Shown here: positions 18,019 to 32,000 of the stretch, piece after piece
How positions within the stretch are numbered: the first letter of the stretch is position 1
Layout of the letters: every line of letters begins with the position of its first letter
Source of the DNA: an uncultured Candidatus Poseidoniales archaeon
GTDB taxonomy: Archaea; Thermoplasmatota; Poseidoniia; Poseidoniales; Poseidoniaceae
Assembly: GCA_902605365.1 (NCBI GenBank)
Contig: CACLCM010000004.1
Coordinates: 1,471 to 65,470 of the forward strand
Length of the DNA stretch: 64,000 nucleotides
Reading direction: 5' to 3'
Translations under genes and position numbers: made by a program
The notes under the pieces: generated by a model
Told to the model about the DNA's origin: nothing
The model's database searches: none
Seen by the model: the letters and a program-made list of their open reading frames with translations, nothing else

Positions 18019-19320
18019 GTGTCACAGATAGACGACGCCATAGACCAGTTGAATGGGCTCGATTCTTGGGCTCAGTGGGGTGTTGGCCTAGTTGCTACTT
18101 TGCTTACCCTATCCATCGTTCGTCTGTTGATGAAAAAGGTAGTTCTCGACATAGTAAAGAAGACTGCGTTTGATTGGGATGACAAATTATACTCACCCGT
18201 GACCAAGAGAATCTACATTTTCATCTTGTTCGCAGGTGTCAATCTAACCATGAATTGGGTAATGGAAGGCGATTCTTTAGTAGACTCCTTCAACCCGTTT
18301 TTCCAGGCCACATACATTTTACTTTCAACATCTCTAACCAGTGTTGTCCTTAGAACGTTGATTCCAGTAGTAATGGATAGATTCTCAGATCCATCCAGTG
18401 TTACAGTATCTGGCAGCAACTCCCTAATCATCTTCATATTCCGTGCAGCGGTTTGGTTTGGAGGATTGTACCTTGCACTGTCAGAACTCGGAATTGAATT
18501 GTTTGGAGTTCTAGCATCGTTAGCTGTATTCTCTCTAATTATTGGATTAGCAATGCAGCAGACACTGGGTAACATCGTTAACTCGTTCATGCTTGCTCTT
18601 GACCAGCCTTTCGAAGTTGGAGACAGAATCGAAGTTGAAGGCAAGATTGGTTCAGTAGTATCGGTTGGAATCCTTTCAACAAAAATCCTCACTCACGAAG
18701 AAAACCTAGTTGTAATTCCTAACAACAGTTTAGTCAATTCAACTGTAATCAACCATGCCCGTGGTGGTGGTGATGGAGTCGGACGCAGAATCTCCTTAGT
18801 CCAAGATATTGGTGTAGGCTATGGAGAAGATATCGCTCACGTAAAGTACACTGTGCTAAAATTGATGAGAGAATGTCCGTATGTAATTTCCAAACCAGAA
18901 CCACGTGTACTTCTGATTGAATTAGGTGAATACGCTAAAATCTTCAGAATGTATGGATGGGTAGAAGATTATTCAGATGAGTTCGTCGCTAGAGACTGGT
19001 TACTCAAGAATGTTGATGAAAAATTCTCTGCTGAAGGAATTGAAATACCATTCCCAACCGCTGTTGAAATATCTGGTAAGCAGAGTCCAGCATTAAACAA
19101 GAACCACAAAACTGCTAGTGTTCGAAAGGCTAGATTACAGATGGTTAAGGAAGATAAGCAATTGAACAAAGAACGTGCTGCTGCTAAAGAGGAAATTGAA
19201 GCGATCCATGAAAAGTTGAACGACCCAGAGTTGGATAAGAAGACACGAAATCTTCTCGAAGAAGACCTCAGAGAACTCAACAGTCTGTTGAGTATGTTCG
19301 AAGCCGGTGGCGATGATTGA
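18019..19320 (+). CDS. MscS-family mechanosensitive channel, paralog 1
   Basis: Several TMs, IGLAMQQTLGN, PFEVGDRIE, VIPNN, IGVGY, IEIPFP; C-terminal coiled coil. GTG start after GAGGAG. Confidence 0.92.
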   Translation: MSQIDDAIDQLNGLDSWAQWGVGLVATLLTLSIVRLLMKKVVLDIVKKTAFDWDDKLYSPVTKRIYIFILFAGVNLTMNWVMEGDSLVDSFNPFFQATYILLSTSLTSVVLRTLIPVVMDRFSDPSSVTVSGSNSLIIFIFRAAVWFGGLYLALSELGIELFGVLASLAVFSLIIGLAMQQTLGNIVNSFMLALDQPFEVGDRIEVEGKIGSVVSVGILSTKILTHEENLVVIPNNSLVNSTVINHARGGGDGVGRRISLVQDIGVGYGEDIAHVKYTVLKLMRECPYVISKPEPRVLLIELGEYAKIFRMYGWVEDYSDEFVARDWLLKNVDEKFSAEGIEIPFPTAVEISGKQSPALNKNHKTASVRKARLQMVKEDKQLNKERAAAKEEIEAIHEKLNDPELDKKTRNLLEEDLRELNSLLSMFEAGGDD

Positions 19321-19984
19321 AGGCGATAATATGTCCAATCGTTTAGCTGAACTCAATTTGCGATACATGCAAGTTGATTTTTCTTTAGAAGCCGGAAGCA
19401 ACCTACCTGGTTCTAAAATTCCTGATTCTTTCCCGATGTTGGAATTTATCACCATGCATGAAAGAACTGAACATGGCCTCATTTGCTACCTTAGACTGGA
19501 GTTCAATAATAAAGATAAACTCAAGGGAAATTACGGTGCAATCAAGATATTGGAAGTAATTTCACAAACTCCACATTCAGCATTGGTCAAGGCATTGGCA
19601 AGTGGCCCAGTTGCTATGATTTTTAGTAGACATGAAGATGCGTGGTGGATAAGCCCCACATATGTAAACGGAAATGGAATGATGATGACAATACGAGGCA
19701 CTACAGATGGATTGCGAAGAATTCGTACTGAATTATCGGCATTGATTGGCAATGGCTTTTCGGTTAAACTGGGTTCTGAATCTCTTCGAAGTCCGGAGTT
19801 CATTGACCTGCTTCCCCAAAAACAACGATTGGTTCTAGACAAAGCGATTGAAATGGGATATTATAGTCGACCACGTGGATGTACTCAAAGAGATATTGCT
19901 GAGGCTATGAACATCAAACAGGCAACTGTCAGCGAACATCTACAATCTGCTGAATCCAAGATTATCCATTCAATCGGAAAATAA
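19313..19984 (+). CDS. Bacterio-opsin activator-type (HTH_10) transcriptional regulator
   Basis: LPQKQRLVLDKAIEMGYYSRPRGCTQRDIAEAMNIKQATVSEHLQSAESKI. Confidence 0.88.
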   Translation: MIEGDNMSNRLAELNLRYMQVDFSLEAGSNLPGSKIPDSFPMLEFITMHERTEHGLICYLRLEFNNKDKLKGNYGAIKILEVISQTPHSALVKALASGPVAMIFSRHEDAWWISPTYVNGNGMMMTIRGTTDGLRRIRTELSALIGNGFSVKLGSESLRSPEFIDLLPQKQRLVLDKAIEMGYYSRPRGCTQRDIAEAMNIKQATVSEHLQSAESKIIHSIGK

Positions 19985-20043
19985 TCGGATTGCCCTATCA
20001 TGAATGGTGCCAAACCTATGCCTTGCGCACGCACACGCGAGGC

Positions 20044-23000
20044 ATGCGCCCAGTTTCACTACGCACATCTGCCCTAATGCTAACGCTAATCATGGTCTTA
20101 ATGCCCATGACTCCGTTTGCTGACCAGAACTTCAAATCAAGCGACTACGCCTCTGAAGGAACTGGTGAAGAACTCAATGAACAAATAATCTTGAGTGCAG
20201 GCAACACTGGAAACGCCGATTCTCTGGCGTTCGGTTTGCAATCCGGATGTGCTATCGGTGCATCTGGCAACATCAAGTGCTGGGGTGACGGTAGTGAAGG
20301 TCAACTCGGCCTGGGTAATACTCAGAACATTGGAGACAGTATTGATGAAACTGGCACTGATCTCCCGTTCGTAAGCCTAGGAACTAATGCATCAATAGAC
20401 AAGATTGTCATGGGCGAAGACCATTCTTGTGCACTATTCACAAACGGTTCAGTCAAGTGTTGGGGAGAGTCCTCAGTCCTTGGTTTGGGCTACTCATCAA
20501 GCAATGGTGGATTCGGTGACGGATACCTTGAGACCGGTGACACATTGCCATTCATGCAATTCCCAACTGGCCGAACAGCAACTATGCTAGAAGCTGGAAA
20601 GAGCCACACCTGTGCTGTTATGGACAACAACGACCTAATCTGCTGGGGAGACAACAGCAAGGGACAACTTGGCCTAGGTGACACAGATAAGAGAGGAGAT
20701 GCAACTGGCGAAATCGGAAGCAACTTCGCAGTCACAAGCGTGCCTACTGGCCGCACTATCGATAGTATGGCACTGGGCTGGGACCACACCTGTGTTGTCT
20801 GGGACAACTACAGTGTATCTTGCTGGGGAGGCAACGACAACGGACAACTCGGATTGGATTCAACTACCGACATCGGCGACGGTGCAGCAGAGATGGGAGA
20901 CAACCTAGATTTCCTAGGCCTTCCAGGAGCCGCTAGCGCTATCACTGCAGGTGATGGATTCACTTGTGCAATCATTGATGACAGTGGAAATGACAGAGCA
21001 TTCTGTTGGGGATTGAATGATTACGGACAACTTGGAATTGAATCTACGACTGATGTCGGAGATGGCTCTGGAGGTTCTATGTCATCTATCAGTAATGCTG
21101 ATTTGACTTATGAAGTTCTATCAATCGATGCTGGTGAAGACCATGTTTGTGCTATCGTTCAATTCGGTTCTTACAAACCAGTTCAATGCTGGGGTAATGG
21201 AGCAGATGGAAGGCTAGGATATGGTAGCCAAGATAACCGAGGAACTGGCCCTGGTTCTACAAATGGAATGGGCAGTAACCTGCCTTATGTTCGATTAACT
21301 TCTTCTAACACTCATTATGCATATAATGTGAATGATGTCGAAGTTGGCGCTGGAACAACCTGTGTGAGAGTAGCAAACGGATGGAATGACGTAATTTGTT
21401 GGGGAGACAACGGAATTGGACAACTAGGATACGGAGATACAGAAGACCGTGGAGATGGCCAAACCGATCTACCATTCACTACAGAATTAAATTTACAATT
21501 GGATGAAGAAGTCAAGGAGAATTCATGTAACATTCTAGGAGTTCCAGAACAAAGAGATGAACTTGACAAGAGGCTCGATTCAGATTCAAGCGACACTGGC
21601 GACTTGATTTCGATGGTCGAAATCCCAACTACTGGATGCCCTGCAATCGCATACTATGACTCTGGCAGTGGCAACCTCAAATTCGCTGCTTACGATAACG
21701 GAATGTGGTCTGTTGAAACACTTGGCAGTGATTCAGGAGTAATCGATGTTGACATCGTAATAGATGCTGATGGTAACCCTCACATTGTTCATATGACTTC
21801 AAGTGGCACAGACAGAGTTTCCTACACCACTAAAGTTAACGGAATTTGGACCGAAGATACCTTGACTGGCATGGATGGAACTGAAGAATTGTCATTATCT
21901 ATTGATTCAAATGGAGACTTGAGACTTCTAACTGTCACAACCACTGAAGTTGTTGAATCCACATGTTCTAGCAGTTGTTCCAGCATTTCAAACTGGGCAA
22001 ACAGCAACACTTTAGTTGCCACAGCGAGCATTGTTGACTCACATGGAGGCGATTCGGTTCACATCACATCCTCTGGACTGCATTACTCGGATTCCCTAGG
22101 AACTCCTGCTCTTGTTTCTACAGATGTTTCATCTGCTTACATGGCTGCTAGCATAGATGTTGCACCAGATGGAACAATTGCCGTTGCTCACACGAATGAT
22201 GTCTACCAAACATACTATTCTTCATGTTCAAGCGCTTGTACTACTGCATCTTCATGGAGTACTGAACTTGTTTCCAATGACACTTCTAGCCAAGTAGTAT
22301 TGCAATTTGATGGCGATGGAACGCCTTGGATTCTGCTTACCCACAACACAACTGGTGCAACCTTGTTCAGTTTGAACGATGGAGCATGGGATGGCCAAGC
22401 AATAACTGCATGGCCAGGTGCTGCTGATTCCTTTGGCATGATGATTAACTCTGCAGGATATGTATTCACATCTCTTCACTTGGTTAGCGCCGGTGAATTA
22501 TGGGCAGTAACTAACCCTACAGTTGCAGGCGCTGGTTTGTATGTAGATGCTGATGGAGATGGTTGGACTGGAATGCAAGAAATTTCTTGTGGAACAGACC
22601 GCATGGCTTCTTCATCCACTCCAGGTGATTTCGATGAAGATGGCCGCTGTGACAGTATGGATACTGTCAACAATTTACCTGCAGTAGGGGACTCAAGTGT
22701 TCTTACTCAAGGAGCAGACTTCGCATGTGCAATTCTTGCCAATGGAGGAATCGAATGTTGGGGTACTAATGCATATGGTCAACTCGGAGGATCTGCTTCT
22801 GGAGCATCATGGCCAACTGGCTTTGAAGCAGTGGACATAGATGCTGGAGAAAACCACGCTTGTGCACTTTCATCCGCTGGAGAGATTATGTGTTGGGGTA
22901 GAAACAACGCGGGACAGATTGGCACAGGAGCAACTTCAGCTCAAGAAAGCCCTACTGTCCTCACACTACCTAATAATCACCAAGCTGCTGACTTAGCAGT

Positions 23001-26000
23001 AGGTGCAAACCACAATTGTGTAACAACAACAACCAGCCAAATTTACTGCTGGGGAGACGGTGGAGATTCACAAACTGGAGAGTATTACGTCACAGATCCT
23101 TCTGCAGGATACGATGATGACTTTGAAGCAGCAACAATTGGTTCTGATTGGACATTAGAAGGTTCAGTTGGACAATTTGGTACTCAATGGGCACTAGACA
23201 CTACCGATGCATCTTCCGGCACTAACTCATTCAAATCAAGCGGCCATGCCTCTTCTTCCGACATAGGGTTTTCAATAACTCGAATGTTTACAAGTGGAGC
23301 TGTTTCTTTTGATTACAAAACAGATACATGTCCTAGCCTAAGCGGTTGTAGTGACCGATTGTCATTCTCTATCGATGGAGTTGAAATCAATTCCTCAAAG
23401 GGACAAATGAGCAATTGGGTAACATTCAACAGCAGCATTACCGCAGGAATGCACACACTTAGGTGGTCTTTCATCAAAGATGGGTCCTCTTCAAATGATG
23501 CAATGGGTGACTATGTCGCAGTAGATAATATACAAATTCGAACAGGATTTAGAATCGAAAGTGGAGGAGTCGTTGACTCTCCTGAAATTATGAACCTAGA
23601 TGCTGGCGGTCTAACCGATTCAATTGTTGCAGGAGAAAGGCATACTTGCGTAACTAACCACTTAGACGAAGTTTGGTGTATGGGTTACAACGGAGGAAGT
23701 AGCAAAATGGTTCTAGGAAATTCAAGTACCACTGCTACCAACTCTTCATCACTTGTTAAAGTCGATATTGGCTTTGGAACCGATTCAGTACGCTCCATAA
23801 CTGCAGGTTATGACACCTCTTGTGCTATCTTGGACAACAGCACACAAGCAGTATGTTGGGGACAAAGAAGCGACTGGAGTGATTCCGGTGCAACAACTAG
23901 ATCTGGAGAATTACTTCTAGGTTCATCCAGTCCATCCAACAGTGGAACTGTGGTTGACTTAGGCACAGCAGGCGACCGAATTTATTCAATCACAATGGGT
24001 GAATCTCATGCATGTGCTATTGTTGAGAACACTATCGAATGCTGGGGTGTAGAAGAGTCTGGTTCATTTGGACAAGGCTCTAGCACGACTGCAGCATACA
24101 GTACACCACAGACAATTTCTGTACCTTCTGGATTGACTGCAAAGCAGATTGTAATCGAGCATTCGATCGATTCAACATGTGGTGTCTTTGAAGACTCCGC
24201 TGGTGCTTCATCTGTAATTTGCTGGGGTGACGAAACTGCAGTAGGATATTCTGCTTCTAGTCCAGTTACTACACTTGCAGATTCACCAGTTGAAGATAGT
24301 AATGGCAACGAAATCATGCCTTCAGATGATTCACTCTCGCCTTATGATATCGTAGACTTGCAATCTGGTTCCTCCCACACATGCGCATTATCTCGTCAAG
24401 GATTGATTAAGTGCTGGGGAGGAAATCAACAGGCGCAATTGAGCATTCCTTTGACTTCAACACACCTTGGAGACGACATCAATGAGATGGGTGCTAATTT
24501 GCCATATATCGATTTAGGAGCAAATGTTACAGCAACACAACTGAGTGTAGGAAAATATCACAATTGTGTTATTGTGCAATCTAGCGTAGATAGTAGCATG
24601 AATGGAAAGGTCATGTGCTGGGGTTACAATCAGTACCGACAAACTCTCTACTCAGGTTCCTCTGCCAATCATGAACCTACACCGAAGATAGTCAACGCAT
24701 TTGGTAACGATGTGAGTAAGATTGCAGCGGCATCTGAAGTTACTTGTGCATTGAAAACAGATGGAGAAATATATTGTATGGGCCGTAATTCAGAGCGAGC
24801 AATTTCTTCGACAAGTTACAGCGCCGGACAAGGAACTGCGACTGCTCTAGAATACTCAACCTCTGGTAAATTCGTAGATTTGTATGCATCATCTCATAGC
24901 AACGGTGCAGTATGTGCAACTTCAGTCACTGGAGCGATCAAGTGTTGGGGTCAAGGCACATTCGTCTCTCAGACTAACTCAAATCCTGTTGTATTTTATG
25001 ACTTCAATGGAATCTTAAGTTCAGATTTATCTTTTGGAAATGACTTTGCTTGTATGGTTGTAGGCACAACAACTGAACTGCACGAAACTACTTCTCCGCC
25101 GACCAATGCAGGAGATATTGTATGCTGGGGATATGGAAGTTATGGACAATTAGGAACTGGTTCACAACCAAATATTGGTACCAATAATGACATACTAACT
25201 GCAAAACCAATTAATTTCAATGGAACACTAATGTCTGATGTCGAATCTGCTACGGACCACTCTTGTGCAATCTCCGATTCAGGAGAAGTGTATTGCTGGG
25301 GAAGGGGAACTTATGGCCGCCTTGGTTATGGAAATACTAACAGCTTAGGTGATAATTCAAACGAATTACCATTCCTAAACGCTGTCGATTTAGAAGGCAG
25401 TGCGAAATTACTTGCTTTAACAGAGACTTCGACTTGTGCTGCTATGCTCGACAATGAAGTCTACTGTTGGGGTTCTGGATCTAACGGAAGAACCGGTCAA
25501 GAACACACAGTCCACATTGGAGACCAATCTAACGAGATGGGAGTTAATCTCGCTCCAACCGATTTGCATATGCGTCCTACTGATTATGATTTAGATGGCA
25601 TCATTGACCACTGGGACACTGATGACGATGATGATGGAACCCTCGACGTGGATGATGATTTCAGATTAGACCCATGTGCAGTCCTCGATACTGATGACGA
25701 TGGAATGCCTGATTCAATTTATGCTGCTTGTTCAACCAATTTGATTGAAGATTTAGACGATGATAATGACAATTGGAATGATACAGATGAAGAAGCATGT
25801 ATCTCAAATTCAAAAGATTCTACAAGTGTACCTCGGGATCTAGATGGCGACGGTACCTGTGACTATGTCGACACCGATGATGATGGTGATGGTTGGAGTG
25901 ATGCTGACGAACAGGCTTGTGAGCGCAAGGAATGGGGAACAAGGAATGCTGCACAGGCATCCACTAGTTACGGTCAAAACTTGCATTATGATTCTGGCAC

Positions 26001-29000
26001 AGGGATTATATTCTTACCAAATGATGCTAATCATGAGTACCAAACCGTGGGAATTGACAATTATCAAAGGTACATGAAATCTTTTGCACATTCTCCTACT
26101 ATTTCACAGAACTCTGTAGCTTCAACTACTTACGGAAGTACTTCACAAACAGACTTTGATTACGAAAGTTATGGACAGGGTGCTTATATCGTGAATGACC
26201 ACCAATTGTACTACTTGGAATACGGTTCTGGCACTAATTTTGCATATACGAACCCTAGTTCTAATTTAGTCCACACATTCGATAACAATCATGATGATTA
26301 TTACCATGATATTTCAATTGCACCAGACGGAACAGTGTACATGACAGCCCACGATGAAATCGTAAGTATTTCTACAAGCAATGCCGTAACTGGAATTTCA
26401 TACCCTTCGGGTGTGAGCAATTCTACAACAAATGCAGATTACAAGCAAATTAGTGTAGATTCAAATGGTGATATCCATTTGCTGGCTTATCATGATTTAG
26501 CATTACGAATTTACACTTGGGTCTATGACACAAGTTCAAATTCATGGAATTCAGGTTTAGATGCAGGTTCGGGTTCAATAACAGATGTTGGTCCTGGCCG
26601 CTCTTCACTCACTGTTGATTCCAACACACAACCGCATATTGCATTCATGAAAGGCTCAAGTGCTACTGACACCAATTCATTTGTAACATACAGTTACTAT
26701 GACAATTCAGGTTCTAATTGGATTACAAGATTTACAGACCAAACACCATCTGGCTATTCAGGAGTCAGTTTGGAATTAGATTCAAACGATAATGTACATT
26801 TGGCATGGGTAGATAATGGTAACAGAACATTATATCACACTAAACTCTCTTCAATATCGAATGCTCAAACAACAACACAATTGATTCAGCATGGTAATTC
26901 GGGTTCAAGTTACTACCAGGGCCAATACGGCCACAAAAACCTCGAACTTGTTATTGGAGCAGGTGATGACCCTTGGATTATTTGGACTCCATATTCACGA
27001 AATAATGCAGTATACAATATGGTTGCACATTACGGTTCACCTATTGACAGTTCCTTGGACAGTACAGTTTATCCTGGCGATTATGATGGCGATGGAACAT
27101 GTGACATGCTTGAAGTTGCTACCTTAGATTATGGATATGATAGTCTAATCTTTGAGATGGAAATGGATATTTCATACGCACCTGAATATCCTGCAATGAT
27201 GCCAACTGGTGTTGCAATAAGCCCTTCACTACCATCCGGTTTGATCCTTAATACGACAACTGGAGAAATTAGTGGCCGTGTTACAACCAGTGATTTTGCT
27301 GGCTCTACTTACACTATTTCAACCACTTCTGGTGTTGAAGCATGGAGTACGAATGTAACAATCAAATCTACTATGGAAAATCCATTATACAACGGTTATG
27401 AAAACCTTTTCAACAATGGATACAGCGACCAAAGCTCTACTAAAACAGCCTTCGCTAGTAATGGTGAAATAGTCACTTTAGAGAGGTATACTAACACAAA
27501 TAGCATCACGATAGATGGTATTGCTGCAGGTGGAAATCATGACTCAAATGATATTGTTTTGAGTATGAGAGAGCCTACGGGAGATTACCTTTGGGCCAAG
27601 AGCATTAGAGGGAACTCATTCTACATCGGAGATGTTGACGTTGACAACAATGGTAACATTTACGCATTATTCCAAGCAACTGCTACAAGTAGTGACCCTG
27701 TTGAATTCAATTTCGATGGAGTGACGATTGACACTAACGGAAAAACAACTGTTATTCTTGCAAAGTGGGATTACTATGGAAATCTACAGTGGGCAATCAA
27801 TACTGAATCTACAGGTACTTCATCCACCGATTCAGCAATACTATCTGTAGGGGTTTCAGATGAAACTTCAGAAATGGACTTAGATAAGTCAACTGGTGAT
27901 GTTGCAATAGTCGCTACTGCAAAGACTGCCAATGATGATTTGAAGTTCGGCGGAATGCAAGTTGGACCATTTGGAACTTGTCTATCTACACAGCAACCTT
28001 GGGTTGCGAAAGTCAACACAAATGGGCAAGTACAGTGGACAGCAGTTGGTACATCTGACCCAACTCAGTGCCGTTACTCTCATCAACATAATGTTGTTTT
28101 ACATCATGATGGTTCCGTGACATCTGCAGGAAATGTTTGGACTAGTTCTGGAGGTTGGGATTATGACTTTGGTTCTGCTTCAGCATCTGCATCTTCATTA
28201 AGTTCCACCATTGGTTCATCTTGGATTGCACATACTGACAGTTCAGGAAATTGGGTTTGGGCCGAAAACGTGACAACTAATTCTAACTCGAATAACGCCA
28301 ATACAAATCATTACTTTACAATGGACAAGTTTAGCGACGATACTCTATTCTTCGCATATGTCAGTGACATTAATTACTGTACGAAAATTGAATTCGCTGG
28401 AAGCTCTTCCAGTTCGCTGCCGACTCAGTATCAGTCGTCTTGCTTACACGCAGCAACTATGAACCACACTACCAGTGATGTTATTTCACTTGAAACTCGA
28501 ATTGGCTATAGTGTCAATCATGATTCCTACAAGAGTGATTCGATCTATTCTGCAGTTGATTCTGACGATATTGCACATGTCTTAATCGATATGGATAGTG
28601 GTTACGACTTGAGGACCACTGGGTTTGACAAAGACCTAAACGTAGCATATGATGTTACTTCTACGTCTTGGTCTACTAACCACAGGACTACCGACTTTGG
28701 ACTCGATAATTCGGATTCAATTTACTTCACAGGTTATCATGGTTCTAAGTTCATGCACAGGACAGCATCATTGCTGAGTCAATGTGGCATTGAAAATGGT
28801 GTTTATAATTGTCCTGGCGTTGATAATTGGGACTCAGGTCAACAATCATTGTCAGCTTCCAGCAGCAACGTTAGACTCTACAGATTCTTTGGAGATTTCG
28901 ACCACGAGATAAACTACAACAGTCCGTCAGAAGGAACATCTATCACCTTCAAATTGATAGGTTTCCATGGCGCTTCACCAGCGACCTATACACTGAACAA

Positions 29001-32000
29001 TAGTTCAGGAATAACCAACAGCGCTGCTTTGCCTTGTGGACTAAATTTCAATCCAAACAATGGTGCCATAACTGGTTCTCCTACCAACGGATGTACAGAT
29101 ACGGCAAATGAGACCTATACAATTACTGTAAACCTCGGTTCCTCATCATACGCATGGAGTAGAAGTCAATCATTTGAGGTAACATTCGGAATAAGTCCTG
29201 CATTACCTGTTGTTTCATACAACCCTGCAGATACTACCCAGTCCTACACTAGAGGTGTGGCGATCACTCCAATTGCCCCAACTGGAATTACGAACAGTGC
29301 AAACCTGCACCACTTTACCACATATCCGCCTCTACCGGCTGGATTATCGGTAAATAGTACAGGACACATTACTGGTACGCCAACTGCAAACCAAAGCACT
29401 GCAACCTTCAAGGTGAAGTCATGTAACAGTTGGAATGTATGTAGTACGGGTGTTCCGTTTACAATTACCATTGACGAACCTGCACCTGTGATTTCTTACC
29501 CTGATTCAGAATATGAATTCTTCAAGGATGTACCAATCACTCCAGTCGTACCAACAAGTACTGGTGGAGTTCCTTCCTCATGGGAGGTATCTCCAGACCT
29601 ACCGACCGGTATGAGTTTGAGAGGCGATGGTGCAATCATAGGAATTCCATTCGTGGATTCACCTGCAACAAACTACACAATCTATGCTAACAATAGTGGT
29701 GGAACTGGAACTGAAGTAATTGAAATTACAATTAATGGAACTGGTGTATTCATCAATTACCCATACAATACTGCAGAATTGGCACAATACTCGCCAATGA
29801 TGGCTTTGTATCCATCTACATCTGGAGCTGCTGTTGTTTCATGGACTATTGAACCAGCACTACCTAGTGGCATATTCTTCGGAACAAACAATGGTACAAT
29901 TTGGGGAACTCCAAACACTCTGACCGAGAGTACTGTGTACACAATCAATGCAACAGGAGTTGAGGACTATGGAATCTCAACTGTGACCATATCTGTTCTC
30001 CTAGATACAGACCTGGACTCAATACCTGACGTCAATGATGACGATATTGATGGAGATGGCTGGTCCAACATTGATGAGATAAATTGTCAAACCGATGAAA
30101 TGGATGAATCATCCTATCCAAGTGACATTGACCAAGATAAGATCTGTGACCTGCTTGATACAAGTGACGACAGAGCAATCATTGTCATCTACATGAAGGA
30201 TAGCGTCGAATTAGCTAATGATTCAGCAATGAACTCACTAATTCCAATTACAGCAGGTGGAGACATTGACACTTGGGAGATTTATCCTGCATTGCCTCTT
30301 GGACTAGACTTCAATGGAACAATGCCTGGTCGCTCTACAACTGACACGGGTACAATTTCGGGAACGCCTACTGAACTCAGTGCTGCTACCGTATACACTA
30401 TCTGGGCTAACAACACAAACTCTGGACAGAGTGGTTCATTCCAGATTACTTTGAGTGTATTGCTCGATTCTGATGGCGATGGCACACCTGACGTCTATGA
30501 TGATGACATGGATGGCGACGGATGGTCTAACGAAATGGAGAATCTCTGTGGAGAAGACCCTGTTGATGCATCCAGCACTCCAATCGATACCGATGGAGAT
30601 GGTCTGTGTAATTACATCGACAGCGATGATGACAATGATACATTCATTGACACAGATGAAATCATGTGTAACTCTGATTCAGAAGACCAATTCTCTGTAC
30701 CAATCGATGATGACAACGATGGAATCTGTGATGCTCTGCAATCTGATAGAGACCTTGACGGATGGGCAGATGGCCCTGAAGAATCATGTGGCTCTGACCC
30801 AGATGATGCATCCAGTGTACCTGTTGATTCTGATGGCGACATGATCTGTGATTCACAAGATGATGACAGAGATGGCGATTATGTAGGAAACAACGTTGAC
30901 GACTTCCCGGATGACCGTTCTGCTTCAAAGGATACTGATGGCGATGGTAAGCCTGACTCACTGTCAGGAACATCAACATCAGACCCACAATTGGTTGAAG
31001 ACTTTGATGACGATGATGACAACTGGGAAGATTACAAGGAATCCGAGTGTGGTACAGACCCACTCGATGAATCTGACTTCCCTACTGACTCAGATGGAGA
31101 TGGTGAATGTGACGCTCTAGAAGACGACACTGATGGTGATGGATTTTCTGATGCTGAAGATGCATTCCCACTGGATAGTAGCGAATGGCTAGATACAGAT
31201 GGTGACGAAGTTGGTGACAATGCTGACGAAGATGACGATGGAGACACATGGTCTGACGCTGATGAAGAGAGATGTGGTTCTGACAGTCTTAATGCAGAAA
31301 GTATCCCAGAAAACATTGAGGATGAAACCACCTGTGTAACTGTCAAGACTGAATCTAAGGATGACGATGACGACAGCAGTTCCTCCACAATGTGGTGGAT
31401 TTGCGTCTGCTTCCCATTACTACTACTGCTGCTTCTGATACCACTAATATATTGGTCCAGAGAAAAGGGAGAGTCCCTAATGGTACTTGTTGGAATGAAG
31501 AACGGACCTGAACCTGAACACACTACTGCAAGGCCTAACTTTGTCAGTGGAAGTGGAACAAAGAACGACCCGTTCGTGCTTAAACCAGGACACGTCGAAA
31601 ACTTTGGAGACAGTTGTGAAAGTAAGGAAACTATCACTATCACAAACCTAGACCCTGAATCTCTGATAACAATCACAGATATGGCATCGCACACAAACCG
31701 TGGTCGATTCAATATGGATTCTATCCTAGTAGAAGGCAACTCTGATGATAAGGGCAGTGGCGCAATTGTCTTCACATTGAAGTTTGATGATAATGTAACT
31801 GAAGACGATGTTAGTGGAGTTTACAACGGCCAAATCAGAATCGGTAGTGCATCTGTTTACATCCTTTGGGAAGTAAAGGTTGGAGACCCTGAGGCCGATG
31901 AACTAGCAGAAGCTGATAGAAGAGCCAAGGAATTGAAGGCCCAAGAAGACGCTGAGAGGAAGGCAATCAAGGAAGCTGAAGCAAAGGATAAGGCTGACAA

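Noticed and set aside
31032-31775. Long antisense ORFs (also 364-867, 55199-55813, 61250-61969 and others)
   Set aside because: These are Ser-rich shadows of strongly supported genes on the opposite strand.
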